From: Entomortierella parvispora E1425
Taxonomy: Eukaryota; Fungi; Mortierellomycota
Direction of reading: 5' to 3'
Assembly: GCA_020891255.1 (NCBI GenBank)
Contig: BQFW01000014.1
Span: forward strand, 868,001-932,000
DNA: 64,000 nucleotides
Below, one piece after another: positions 20,969 to 34,709 of the stretch. The position numbers were made by a program, and so were the translations under genes. The notes beneath the pieces are model-generated. The model saw nothing but the letters and a program-made list of their open reading frames with translations, made no database searches and was not told where the DNA came from. Every line of letters starts with the position of its first letter. The stretch's first letter is position 1.

Positions 20969-23900
20969 TTAGAGGGCGGCGTCCTTTTGTTCCTTGGCTT
21001 GGGCAATTGCGTAGAGGGCATCAAACTCTGTGGAGCGCTCACACATGGAACGGAACAGACCATCCTCCTTTTGCATCAACGTCAAGGGCTTGTCGTATTC
21101 GGCAATCTCTCCCGCATTCATCACCAAGACGCGATCGAAATCCGCAATGGTTCGGATACGATGGGCAATGGTGATGATGGTCGAGTCCGCCATCTCTTCA
21201 CGAATTGTGGTCTGGATCTTGAGATCCGTCTCAAAATCGACACTAGCGGTGGCCTCGTCCATGATGATGATCTTGGATTGACGGACCAAAGCGCGAGCCA
21301 GAGCAATCAATTGACGCTGGCCCTGAGAGAAATTAGAACCGTTCTCTTTGACGGGGGTATCAAGTGTGATCTTCGAGGGATCCACAATCTCGGCCTCAAC
21401 TCCCTTGACCGATCCAGCCGGCGACTTTTTCGTAGACTCTCCAGTCATCGAGGAAGCCTCGGATGGGACGGCCGTGGCGGCTGGGTCGTCCACGGTGAGC
21501 TTTGTTGTTTCGGGGATCAAGTGGCTGCGACGGAGAGCTTGCCAGAGTTCTTCATCCTCGCGCTCGCTGAAAGGATCCAAGTTGAATCTCAGAGTTCCCT
21601 TGAACAAAATCGGATCTTGAGGGATGATGGTCAAGTTGGATCTCAAGTCATAAAGACCAATCGAGCCAATGTCGATGCCATCGATTCGGATCGATCCATT
21701 CACTGGTTCCATAAAGCGGAACAGTGAAATCGCCAAAGTCGACTTGCCCGATCCAGTGCGACCCACTACTCCCACCTTCTCACCAGCGTTGATCTTGAAC
21801 GAGATATCCTTGATAACCTCGGGAGTGTCGGGGGCGTACTTCATGGTCAAATGATCCACGATAATCTCACCCGAGTGAGGCCACGACGCCGGGGGGCGAG
21901 ATCCGGCAATAATCGCATCGGGTTCCTCCTCCAAATCCATGTATTCGGCCACACGCTCCACAGAGTTCATGGCCATTTCGTTTTCGGCATAACTGCGGAT
22001 CAACCAAACAATTGTGTGTGTAAACATGAGGGAGTAGGTCATGCTGAGAGCGGCCCAACCGGGAGCCAAGGTACCCCAGCTTCCCAAGACCAACAAGCCG
22101 GTGGTGAAGGCAACAAGGGCTCCGACAATATCGACGCGCCAATGCAACCAGCGGTTGGTGGACCAGAGCAAGAAGAAGGTTCGGTTGTTGTCGTCCGTGT
22201 TGACCAAGTTCTTGGCCTGGAAGCGAGTTTCAAATCCATAGGCACGAATAGTGGCCAACCCGGTCAAAGTCTCGTTGATGTGGTTCAGGATGGGAGAGCG
22301 AGAGTTCGAGTTCAGACGTTTGAGATCGCGCGAAATAGGCACGTAAAGAGCACCAATGACACCGTAAATGGACACAATGCCGACTGCAGCGATCAAAAAT
22401 GAAGGAGTGTTGGTTGAGATGATGAAAATGATGCCAATCAAGTTCACAACTCCCTGCATAAACCACTGAAGTCCATGCATGACATTGTCGTCGATCGTGG
22501 ACATATCCGAGCTGAAGCGGTTAATGATACGACCAATGGGAGTAGTATCAAAGAAGCGGACCTTGGCACGGGAAATCTTGTGGAGGAGCTGTTCATGGAT
22601 AATTCTTGAGGCGCGAAGGGTTCCGTACAGAGTATAAAAGTTCATGAGGACCATAAAGACCATGGTAAAGGTAGAAATCAAGACATAGACCCCGATATAA
22701 AAGTTGACGCTGACAGGCTCGTTACTGAACAGGGACATGGTCATCGTGCCAGGCTCACGGCCATCGATCGGGGCAAAAGCGGCGTAAATCGAGAGGGCAA
22801 TGGGTTCTGGGGTGACGAGATGGAAGGCTTGGGAAACAAAGGCACCCGTGGACTCGGCCATTTTGTTGGCCCATACAGCGAGCCAGGCATTCTGACCCAC
22901 ATTGACAGCTTCTCCAATTAAAAAGACAATGACGAGTCCAAGCCAGTAGGGGATACCTCCAGAGGCCGAGACATAGGTCTGGTAGACCTTCCATGCAACA
23001 GCGCCCTCTACCTTCTTTTCGTCCTCAGTCAACTTGGTGGTGGTCTTTCTGTTGGGATCAGCCTTCTTGCCCTTCTTGGCATCAGCTCCTCCGTGCAGAG
23101 TACCGACTTCGCTATTTTCGTCCGAGACAGGGGCAGCCAAGGTAACATGGTCAACCCAACCGTTAGAAATCACTTGAGCGGGGGTGCCGGATCCAAGGAT
23201 CTCGCCCTTGTTCAGGACAACGACAAGGCTGGCGGCGTTCATGGTCAACTGAACCTGATGAGTGGCCATAAGAACTGTACGTCCCTCCAAAAGAGGTCCA
23301 GTCAGGGTCTCGAAGAGGTGCTTTCCAGTGTGAGAGTCAACAGCAGAGAGACAGTCATCCAACAGCAAGACTGTTGCGTCCGAATAGATGGCACGAGCAA
23401 GAGCAACACGCTGCTTCTGGCCTCCAGAGAGAGTAATACCCTGTTCACCAATCTCGGTGGCGTCACCAGATTCGAGAATCTCCATATCTGGGTTCAAGGC
23501 ACATCCCTCCAAGACGGCGTCGTAGCGGTCCTGGTCAAAGGGCTTTCCGAACAAAATGTTGTTGCGGATGGTGGTGTTTTGAAGCCAGGCAGTCTGGGCG
23601 GCGTAAGCGATTCCGGATCCACGATCGGTGGCCTTGTTCTCGCTATAGTCAAGACGGGGCATGAACATGGCCCCCTCCTCACGTTCGAGTTCGCCAAGAA
23701 GGGCCAACAAGAGGGCAGATTTTCCAGATCCAGTAGGTCCAACAATAACTGACAGCTGGCCCACGGGAAAGTCAACCGAGATGTTCTTCAACTTGAAACG
23801 TTCTTGAGGGGTGGCGACTTCGGGGACAGGCTCCTCAACCTTCTTGGGGGTCTTTGAGAACATGGACTTGAACCTCTGGAAAAGAGAGGCCTTCTCAGCA

Positions 23901-25257
23901 ACCTTGGCCTCTGCCTTCTCGTGCTCCTTGTTGGGCCAGACAAACGAAGCGTTGACGAATCCAATGATGGGGTCAGTAGAGACCTTGGCCTTGGCATCAA
24001 TCTTGGTCACTGTGGTATCGCGAATGATATCTTCCTCCTCCAAAAACCTGTTCATACGATCCAAGGAAACCATTGTCTGCATCAGATTCTGGATGTTCCA
24101 AGGGATCTGATTCAATGCCGACCGCATGATGTTGAACAAGGCCAAAGTCGTAAACATAACGGCGGCCGTCATTTCGTTTCCAAAGAGCTTGGTGTAAGCC
24201 AAGAACATGACAATGATGTTCAAGAGAGGAACAATCATCCAGGAGATGTTGGCAATGGTGATACGGATGAAGGTCCTCCTTTCCTGATCCAATTCCTTGG
24301 TACGGGTGGCCGTGATCTTTTCTACAAACTTGGACTCCCATCCAAAGAATTTGACAATACGGATCGCAGACAACATCTCGTTAATGCCATCCATACGCTC
24401 ATCCTTGGTCGTCATGATGGCCTTGAACAGCTTCATCATGGCAGAGAAGAGCATGGTGGGGACAGGGTACGAGACAAACATGAAGCCGATGCCAACCAAG
24501 GCGGCGTAACCGAGGAGCCAGTACAACTGGATCGAGGCAAAGATGAACTGAATAGGGTATCCGTAGACTTGGTGGAGATAACTGAACGCGATGACCATGC
24601 GGTTGAGATCGACGGCGACCAAGTCTAATTTTTAGAGTGGGCAAGGATGTATTTGGTTAGATGATCCGGTCATCACTGATACAGAAATATAGGTCCATGC
24701 AGGAACGCAAGAAGCAAAGAAATTAAAAACTCACTGGCAATGTTGATGCTCTTCTTCTTTTCGGCATCCTTGTCATCTCCTTTCTTGCCGCTGTCCTTCT
24801 CTTTGTCTGGGGCAGCAATATCCTTACGCCTCAACGACTTGTCGTAGATCTCTGAGCTGACGATCGACGTCAGGTGAACAAAAATACGGCGACCCTTGTG
24901 CAAGGCGGCCTGATAAAACATCGACTCGAAGAAAGAAGCGATCAGCAGTGCATAGACCCACTTGTAGTTGTCGAATGTAGGAGGACCGCAATCAACACAC
25001 TGCATGTACTGGATAATCTTGTTCATGCAGAAGGGCGAAGCATTGACGAGCAGGCACCAAGGCAAAGCCCAAAGCGCTTGAATTACAAATTCACTGCGGA
25101 GTGTCCAGAGGAGCCTGCGGGTGAACGTCTTGCCCCTAAAATGGTAACGAAACAGCAAACGAAGAGGTCGAGCGGGTCAATTGAGCGTTCTTGCCTGGTA
25201 TGATTTTCTTGAGAGCCATTTTTTCTGGCCCTTTTTTTTCCCTTCCCTAACGTCCGC

Positions 25258-25290
<33 letters not shown>

Positions 25291-26289
25291 GATCTCTTTC
25301 AATACTTACTTGACGGGTTTAAAAAGGCGGATAGAGTGCTTGGACTGGTCATCGTCCTCGAGGTCAGGAAGGTCAATGTCCTGCAATGAGCGTCTGTAAC
25401 CGAGGTAGATCAAGGGGTTGATCCAGCCAAAGACCATCTGCGAGTAAAACGAAGATGCATACTCGGACGAGGGCTGACGAGGTTCCAAAATCATAGCGCC
25501 CGTCTCCTTGTTCTTGACCAAAGACAGTCTTGGTCTCTTGGGTGCTGCAGCAAAAGGAAGGGCCGAAGCCGAGATCCAGAGAAGAAGGGTGATCACAAAC
25601 AGGGACATGCCCTCCATCTTGGCCCACTGGGGCCATTCTCTTATAGGCAGCACCAAGACCCCGGCTTCGTAAAGGCCAATGACGCCAAGGAACCACTCCA
25701 AAAGGTAGTAAAAGTCCATCACGGGACGGATGTAAAACTGACTCGCCACAGCAGGTTTCATCAGCAGCACAAAGGACAGACTCAGAGCAAAGGCCCAGGA
25801 CAGGGCCTGGCTCAGGTCGCCCAGGGTCGTATCCTTGGCAGGGATCTCTTCCTTGCCGGAATGGATCAAAATGATGGAGAACATGGTCAATCCGAACTGA
25901 AGGGCTGACAGACCCAGACGGCCCAAGTCGATGCTCATCCCCTTGGCCCTCTGAGCTTGATACTGCATCTGAAGCGCATGTTGTTCCTGAAGAAGAGTCG
26001 AGTCGGTATGACGGCGCTCATCGCTGTTCTGCTGTTGTTGTTGCTGTTCATATCCGTCTTGATCTTCGGATGGTTCAAGGTTGTCGTACTGGTCCAGATG
26101 GACAGGCTTCTTGGACAGGCGATAGATGAACGCAGCCGATGAGATGGTGTACACCAAAGGCAGCACCTTCTCGATCAACCTAAAAGTACAAAACAAGAGA
26201 TGTAGAAGAAAAAGGTCAGTGGGATGCCGATGGAGACAACGGACAATGCAGGCATATCCATCATCGGCTTACTCGACGGTGGTTCTCAT
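20969..26289 (-). CDS. Full-size ABCC/MRP (YBT1/YCF1-like) transporter, paralog A
   Basis: 17-nt first exon (MRTTVE), TMD0, two TMD-NBD halves; GPTGSGKS/LSGGQKQR and GRTGSGKS/FSQGQRQ. Confidence 0.92.
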
Positions 26290-27784
26290 TCGATGGCTTT
26301 GTTTTTCAGCGGTTGCTTGCTAAGGGTACTGGCGAGGGTGTGGGTTGCGAAAGAGAAGAAAAGAAGAGGGAGGGGATCGTGAGGATGAACAAAGATGAAG
26401 GAGAGTCAAGGGAAGGGTGAGAGGCGAGCACTGGGGAGCAAACAAGAAAAAAAGAAAAGATAAAACAAGAGAAAAGAGAAGAGAAGAGAGAATGAAAGAA
26501 ACAAGGAAGGGAAAATAAATACTCTCTCTCGAGATGAGATGTCCATTCACAGGGCGATATGGTGATTGTATGCCGCTCCCTCTTGGACACCCAAGCAGAC
26601 GGCGCCACAATAATCGGCGAAATGGGCTGGGTGAGGAAGTCATTGTTGTCGACCAATGGAAATTGCCCCTTGGAAAGAGGTCCATCGCTGGGCGCACCCT
26701 CGGATGGAGCACAAAACTAGAAAGGAAAGAAACTGTCGTTTCGTTTTGTTTCTTTAGGTTCTTCGCTGCGGTGCATTAGCACCACAATTACAAACTCCAC
26801 TGCTGCACTGCTGCCAGCAAGTCCCTCTCCTTCCCTACCTTCCCTCCCTCCTTCTATTCTCCGATCCCACGTCCGCGTGCCGAGGTGAATTTCCTCCCCC
26901 TGCTGACCTGTCGTCCTTTCTCGCGCTCGGACTTGCAGCGATGCCGACGTCCTTGTCCCTGTGCCGGTTTTCATGCCCTTTTGTTTGACTCGAGGAAAGG
27001 ATCAATTGGATGCCATAGACACAATGGAGTGGAGAGCACAGATCTGGTCAATCTCTAGGTCCACTGCATCCAAGCTCCAAGTGATCCACGAGATTCAGTC
27101 TTGAGGGCCGCCGCTTTCCTGGAGATGCTCCCCCACAAGGTCGTTAAAAAATAAATAAAAACAATTGATCTCCTCAGCCCCCTTTTCACCAAAAGTACAA
27201 GTCTAACGACCGCGGAGTCCCCATCCGAGAGAAATCGAGACCAAGATCAAGAAAAGAATTTTGTGAAGCTTTTGGGCATGCTTATTCGTAGTGTTGCGCC
27301 CTGGAGGTCAGCCAATGGCACTCTTTTATAGATTCACACCCCGATGGTCACGCTGTCAAACAGGATGGCAATGCACGGATCTCTCCGTCTTTTTTTTCTT
27401 ACGTTCTATGTAAACAAAAAGAAAATCCGCAGTGGATCACGAACACGCGGGGACTGCGGAGGACGGTCGGCTACACGTTCGCGGCGTCCAAGGATGGGTG
27501 AGCAATGAGCATGTCGACTTGATTTGACTGTCCGCTACTGCCGGCAAAGTCACCTGGATTGGACTTGGCGTAACAAAGTGTCGTAGACAAGAGCTCGTCA
27601 ACGAACTACCTTCTCCATCACCAATGACAGGATCGACTCCCGTGCTGGTTTTCAAGAGATTGTTCAAAATTTACATACTATATTTTGTGGACTACAAAGA
27701 CAAACACGCTCGTGTATCATATATTTCCTACGTTTCTCGCTCTTTTTATACTAGACTATATAACAGTTGCCTCATGGGAAAACA

Positions 27785-30700
27785 CTAGATCGCAGTCTGG
27801 GCCTCACGATCACGCTTGTCCTTCTCTTCCGCAATGGCGTAAAGCGCATCAAACTCGGAGGAACGTTCACACATAGAGCGGAACAGACCATCCTCCAAGT
27901 TCATCAACGTCAAGGGCTTGTCGTATTCGGCAATCTCTCCCGCATTCATCACCAAGACGCGATCGAAATCCGCAATGGTTCGAATACGATGGGCAATGGT
28001 GATGATGGTCGAGTCCGCCATCTCTTCACGAATTGTGGTCTGGATCTTGAGATCCGTCTCAAAATCGACACTAGCGGTGGCCTCGTCCATGACGATGATC
28101 TTGGATTGACGGACCAAGGCGCGGGCCAGAGCAATCAATTGACGCTGGCCCTGAGAGAAATTAGAACCGTTCTCTTTGACGGGGGTATCAAGCGTGATCT
28201 TGGAGGGGTCGACGGTTTCAGAATCTGTGGTCGAGCCCTTGACAGATCCAGCTGGTGAGGCTCCAGTGGTATCGGCAGCACTGGCAGCTACGGCCACTTC
28301 TGCAGAAGTTATTTCGAGACTGTTGCGCTTGCTAGGTAATGCAGAGCTGGATTTTGTATCTGGAATCAAGTGACTCCGTCTCAAAGCCTCCCAAAGCTCG
28401 CGATCCTCTCGTTCACCGAAAGGATCCAAGTTGGAACGAAGAGTACCCTTGAACAAAATAGGATCTTGAGGAATGATAGTCAAGTTGGATCTCAGATCTT
28501 GAAGTCCAATCTTGCAGATATCGATGCCATCAATCCGGATTGTTCCCTTGGCGGGATCCATGAATCGGAACAAAGAAATGGCCATGGTCGACTTGCCTGA
28601 TCCAGTACGACCCACCACTCCGACCTTCTCGCCGGCTTTGATGGTGAACGAGATGTCTTTGATGACCTCAGGAGCATCGGCGGCATATTTCATGGTCAAA
28701 TGGTCAACGACAATCTCACCAGAGTGAGGCCACGAGGCTGGTGGACGAGATCCAGCAATAATCGCATCGGGTTCCTCCTCCAGGTCCATGTATTCCACCA
28801 CACGCTCCACAGAGTTCAGGTTCATTTCGTTCTGGGCGTAGATGCGAATCACCCAGACGATCGTTCCAGTGAACATGAGCGAGTAAGTCAAACTGAGAGC
28901 AGCCCAGCCGGGAGCAATCTTGCCCCAGTTCTGAAGAACAAGAACACCGGTGGTGAAGGCAACAAAGGCTCCGGCAATATCGACGCGCCAATGCAACCAG
29001 CGGTTGGTAGACCAGAGCAGGAAGAAGGTGCGGTTGTTGTCGTCCAGGTTCACCAGGTTGCGCGACAGGAAACGCCTCTCAAAGCCATAGGCACGGATGG
29101 TGGCCAAGCCATTCAAGGTCTCGTTGAAGTGATTCAGGATGGGTGAACGCGAGTTCGAATTCAGCCGCTTGAGGTCACGCGAGATGGGTACGTAGAGTCC
29201 GGCAATGACGGCGTAGGCAGCGACAATAAAAACAGCGGGGATCAGGAACATTGGCATGTTGCTAGAGATGATAACAATGATACCGATAATCGTCACGAAA
29301 GAGCCAAAGAGACCCTGCAATCCGTTGCTGACATCGTCGTCAATTGTCGACATGTCTGAACTGAAACGGTTGACAATTCGACCAATGGGTGTGGTATCAA
29401 AGAAGCGGACCTTGGCACGAGTGATCTTGCGCAAAAGTTTTTCGTGCAGGACCTTCGATGCACGGAGACCCCCAATGACAAAGCAGTAGTTTGTCAAAGC
29501 GGCAAGGGCTATGGTGAAAATGTTCAACAGGACGTAGATGCCAAGGTAAAAGTTGACGTTGACCTTCTCGCCGTCGCCAAACAAGGCCATGGTGACAGAA
29601 TCATGTGCCCCACCGTTCACTGGGGCAAAAGCAGAGTAGACAGCAAGCGCCACGGGCTCGGGAGTGACAGCTTGGAAAGCGCGAATTGCGAAGGACCCAG
29701 TAGCCTCAGCCATCTTGTTGGCCCAGTAAGCCAACCAAGCGTTTTGACCAATATCAACAGCCTCACGCAAAAAGAAGAGGACCGTCAAACCAATCCAGAA
29801 GACCCAACCGCCAGAGGCAACCAAGTAGGTTTTGTAAACCTTCCACGAGACAGCACCCTCGGCCTTCTTTTCGTCCTCAGTCAACTTCACGCCGACCTTC
29901 TCCTTTTCGCTCTTCTTGGTCTTCGCCTTGTCCTTGTCAGTACCGTTCAATGTGCTGACCTCGCTACCCTCATCCGAGGGGGCAGTCAAGGAAACATTTT
30001 CGACCCAGCCGCTTCGAATAACTTCCTCCGGAGTTCCGGAACCAACAACCTCACCCTTATTCAACACAAGGACAAAGCTGGCGGCGTTGACCGTCAACTG
30101 AACTTGGTGAGTTGCCATGAGGATGGTGCGTCCTTCAACAAGGGGTCCGGTCAGAGTTTGAAACAAGTGCTTTCCAGTGTGGGTATCAACAGCTGAGAGA
30201 CAATCGTCGAGAAGTAGAACAGCTGCATCCGAATACACGGCACGCGCTAAAGCAACACGTTGCTTCTGTCCTCCAGAAAGAGTGATGCCTTGCTCTCCAA
30301 TCTCCGTCTTGTCTCCTGATTCCAGAATCTCAAAGTCGGTTATCAGAGCACATCCTTCAATAACAGAGTTGTAGCGCTCCTCATCGTACGCCTTTCCAAA
30401 TAGAATGTTGTCGCGAATAGTGGTGTTCTGGAGCCAAGCTGTTTGGGCAACATAGGCAATTCCAGATCCGCCCTCCGGGTTCTGACGGTTGGGTCCATAA
30501 TCCAAGCGAGGCAGGAACATTGAGCCCTCCAGACGTTCGAGTTCTCCGAGAAGAGCCAACAACAAAGCAGACTTTCCACATCCAGTGGGTCCAACAATGA
30601 CTGAGAGTTGGCCAACTGGGAAGTCAGCAGTGACATTCTTCAGCTTGAATCGCTCTTGAGGAGCAAGAGCCTCGGTGACAGGTTCTTCAACAGGCTTGGG

Positions 30701-33109
30701 TGCCTTGGAAAACTTGGCTTTAACCTTCTGGAACCAGGACTCTTTCTTGGCAGTCTTGGCAGCAACTTGCTCCTGCTCCTTGTTCGGCCATGTGTAAGAG
30801 GCGTTGACGAATCCAATGGTGGGGTGAGCTCCACTGACGGTCTTGGCCTTGGCATCAATCTTTGTCACGGTGGTGTCACGGACAATCTCCTCATCCTCCA
30901 GGAACCTGCCAATACGGTTGATGCTGACGTATGCCTGGATGGTCGATTTGATCTGCCAAGGAAGGGTATTGACAGCTTGTCGCATGATGTTGAATAGAGC
31001 CAGGGTGGTGAACATCTTGGAAGCCGAGATGTCATGTCCAAAGAGCTTGGTATAGGCGACCAAAACAACAACCATATTCAAGAGAGGCATCACCGTCCAC
31101 ACAATGTCCGCAAGAATAATCTGAGTGTATGACTCGCGTGTACGTTGCAGCTCCTTCTTGCGAGCGTTTGAAATCTTTTCCTCGAACTTGGCCTCCCAGC
31201 CAAAAAACTTGACGATGCGGATAGCAGACAGCATCTCGTTCAAGGCATCCATACGCTCATCCTTGGTTTTCATGATATCCTTGAAGAGCCTCATGATGAT
31301 GGAGTAAAGCTTGGCAGGGACAGGGTACGAGACAAACATGAATCCAATTCCGACCAAAGATGCATATCCGAGCAACCAGTAAAGCTGAACCGCAGCGAGG
31401 ACGAATTGGATAGGGAATCCATACAGGTAGAAGACGTAACTGAAGGGACTTTCGAGCTTCTTGACATCAACAGCAATCAAGTCTGTAAAGGATAATGGAG
31501 TGTTATTAGTTGAATACTCTGCAGTGTACCGAAAAACAGCGTCAACAATCTAACCAGAGCCATAGTGATAGTGTACTTACTGGAGATGTTGGCAGATCCA
31601 TCCTTCTTCTTCTTGTCATCCTCCTTTTTTTCTTCACCATCCTCATCCGTCTTATCAACTGGCGAAGCCATGTCCTTTCGGCGCAATGACTTGGCAAAGA
31701 CCTGAGCATTGCAGATCGAGACTGTGTGAACGTAGATACGACGACCCTTGTGAAGTGCGGCCTGCATCGTCAATGACTCAAAGATCGAGGCAAACAAGAG
31801 CCCAAAGACCCACATGTAGTTCTCTGTCGTTGGGGGTCCACAATCACTACACTCAATGTACTGGATGATCTTGTTGAGGCAGTATGGCGAAGCATTAACA
31901 AGAACACACCAGGGAAGCGACCACAAGAACTGGACAAAGAACTCTCGTCGAAGACTAATCCACAACCGACGGAGGAAGGTCTTGGATCTATCGTGTGAAC
32001 AAAGTGACCATGGAAGGAGGTGTCAATTGAGCCTGCTTGAATCAAGAGTGGCCGCATGGTCGCAAACACGTGTTTAGAACAACAACAAAAAAAAAACTTG
32101 TGCTTACTTCACAGTGGTCTTGTAGATGCGAAGCGAATGGTACGAATAGTCGGAATCCTCAAGGTTGGGAAGATCAACATCCTGCAGTGTTCTCTTGAAT
32201 CCCAGGTAAACCAAGGGGTTGACCCATGCAAACGTAAGCTGGGAGTAAAGCGATGAAGAGTATTCAGAAGCAGCAACTCGGGGAACTTCACCCTCCTTCA
32301 GCGATTTGGCGTGGCTCATATTGCTAAAGGGTCGGGTCACCAACGAGACCCAGATGAGGAGGGTATCCGTCACCCACATGGCCATATCCACCTTCAACCA
32401 CAAGGGCCATCCGGAGGCTGGGACTGTGAGCATGTCCGTGTTGTAAATGTGAATGGATGCAAGGACCCATTGAAGAACGTAGAACAGATCAAGCTGGGGA
32501 CGGATCCAGAACTGGTTCGAGAGGGCAGGACGGACGGCATGGGCAAGGGCAAGGACCAGGGCATACGACCAGACGATAGCCTGGATGATATCGCCACAGA
32601 GCGAACGCTGGCCGACAAAGGTATCATCATCCTCACGGAGGACAAGGATAGAGAAGAGTGTGAGGCCAAGCTGAAAGAACGTCAGGCCGAGTCTGGCAAG
32701 ATTGATGCTAAGTCCGGCGGATTGCTGGGCTTGGTATTGCAACTGGATGTGCTCGAGAGTATTGGGATCAGAGGAGTTCTCGTCGGGTCCTGGAGCAGAA
32801 TCCCTCAGGGCCTCATACTGGTCCAAGTTCACGGGCTTTTTAGAGAGGTAGACTAGAGTCACAGCCGAGGCGACGGTGTAGACTACAGGCAGGGCCGTCT
32901 GAACATCGCTGATCACATCAAAAGAAAGAGCGGAAGGACAAGGTCAGCAAAGGATTAGGGCGAGTGGTGCGCAGTGGAGAATGCATGTTTGTTTGTTCCA
33001 GTCGCTCGTTCTCATCAGATCGAGGGTCCTGGCCCCAGTCTATCATGGCCCTATCTTGGCGTAGCTTCTTGGCCAGCCTCCCAATGACTTACCTCAGGGA
33101 GACGCTCAT
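27785..33109 (-). CDS. Full-size ABCC/MRP (YBT1/YCF1-like) transporter, paralog B
   Basis: 17-nt first exon (MSVSLS), apparently the same exon layout as paralog A; GPTGCGKS/LSGGQKQR and GRTGSGKS/FSQGQRQ. Confidence 0.92.
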
Positions 33110-34523
33110 TATGCGTGAGTGTTGTGTCGTTCGAGAAGCACCAAACGAGTCGAGTTGGTGGCAAAATCAGGTCCGGTGTCTTAAATCGTTTTGTGTTTTT
33201 GGTCTCAGGACAGAATGGGGGTGACTGGAGACAGAGGCAGCCAAGTGAGGACGCAAAGAAACAGAAGGAAGGAGTGGAGAGAGAAGAGGGGAGGAAAGAA
33301 AGAAAGAAAGAAAGAAAGAAAAGCAATGCACCCAGGGAAAGCACAAAAAGGTGCGGATGAGCAAAAGGGAGGAAGGAACGAGAATGAGAATGAGAATGAG
33401 AATGAAAAAAAGGCACTGCGGATTCGGCCGATGATGAGCCGCGGCGTGGCCCTCTTTTTATGTGTAGTGTTCCAGAGAGTGCACTGACGGACGGACGGAC
33501 GAGTCAAAATGTCTCTCTCTGAAGGCGGACCAGGGGCGGCGTGGGCGATCAAGTGCTTCCCTTGGACTTGCATGCTTCTTGACTGACAAGAGAAAGAGCC
33601 CACCTTCCAAAACAGGGACAACAGGGCGAAAGATATCGTTCTCCTTCCTCCCGCTTGCTCCAACGGACACGCACGCCCTACCTGCGCGGCAAGGGCATCG
33701 TCATTCGTGTCGACGCGCCACGGACTCTGATTCACAGGCACGACATCCTGAGTCTTCGTGACCCTATTTCCCTATTTTTTTTTTTTTGTTTTTCGCTCAA
33801 ATAAATAATAGTCTTGCATCGCCCACGCCTAACTATCAAAACTGCCATGTTGCCGAAGGACTGTGCCACAGCAGACCACCTGTGCTTGCCGAGCACGCCC
33901 TCAATTGCAACTGACAACGTCGTCTTCGGCAACGACCATGAAAAAAAAAAAAAATAGAATCTTAAAAAAAAACGAGGTTCGGCAGAGTGGAGTTCTAGGC
34001 TGTCGGTGTTTTTTTTTTTTTTTTTTTTTTTTTTTCTGTCTGTCCGTCGGTCGGTCGGTGTCCCTGGTCAAGTGTTGGTCAATTGTTCTGTTTAGAAAGT
34101 TAAAAAAAAGTCAATGGATGGGATGGGTATTCTTGACAGTTACAGTGTCGCCATCCTTTCGTTCCCACACAAAAAAAAAAAAATCCCATCAAGGTTCTCC
34201 CTATCTCGTTCACTGCTATTTTCCCTTCTTTTTTTTTCAAGGGACCTCTTTTTTCAAAAATAAACGAAGGCTCTCTTGGCAACCCGTCCTAGGAGCGAAG
34301 CACTGTAAGGCTACAAAGGCAGGCAAGACAGATCAACCTACAGACACCCTGCTGTCTTGTCGTTTGCGGCAACCCTGCCATGCATCGGGTACTGTACCTC
34401 TCATTCGGAGAACGCTGGTGTTTGGTGGCGATCATCTTCTGTCGAGATTCCCCGAGGTTCAGATACCATCACACCTAGCAGTGAAGAGATCAAGCTTTAC
34501 TCTCTTGGGTCGTTAAACGCTCA

Positions 34524-34709
34524 CTAGTTCAGCCACTTTATTATCTCATCGCCTCCTCCGTTCCACACGTCCTTCATCTTGCCAGGGGCAATGTCGGCCA
34601 AATCCGCAGCGCCCATCGTGACGGTGGGATAGAAGAGCCAGCGTGCTTTGCCCTGCCAGTTGGCCATGTGGCCATCGGAGGAATGTCCACGCTCTAGTGG
34701 TTCTTCCAT
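34524..34709 (-). CDS. Possible small ORF or orphan exon (61 aa)
   Basis: ATG in good context (ACAAAGATGG), GC-rich third positions, protein-like composition. No family recognised. Confidence 0.25.
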   Translation of the reverse strand: MEEPLERGHSSDGHMANWQGKARWLFYPTVTMGAADLADIAPGKMKDVWNGGGDEIIKWLN

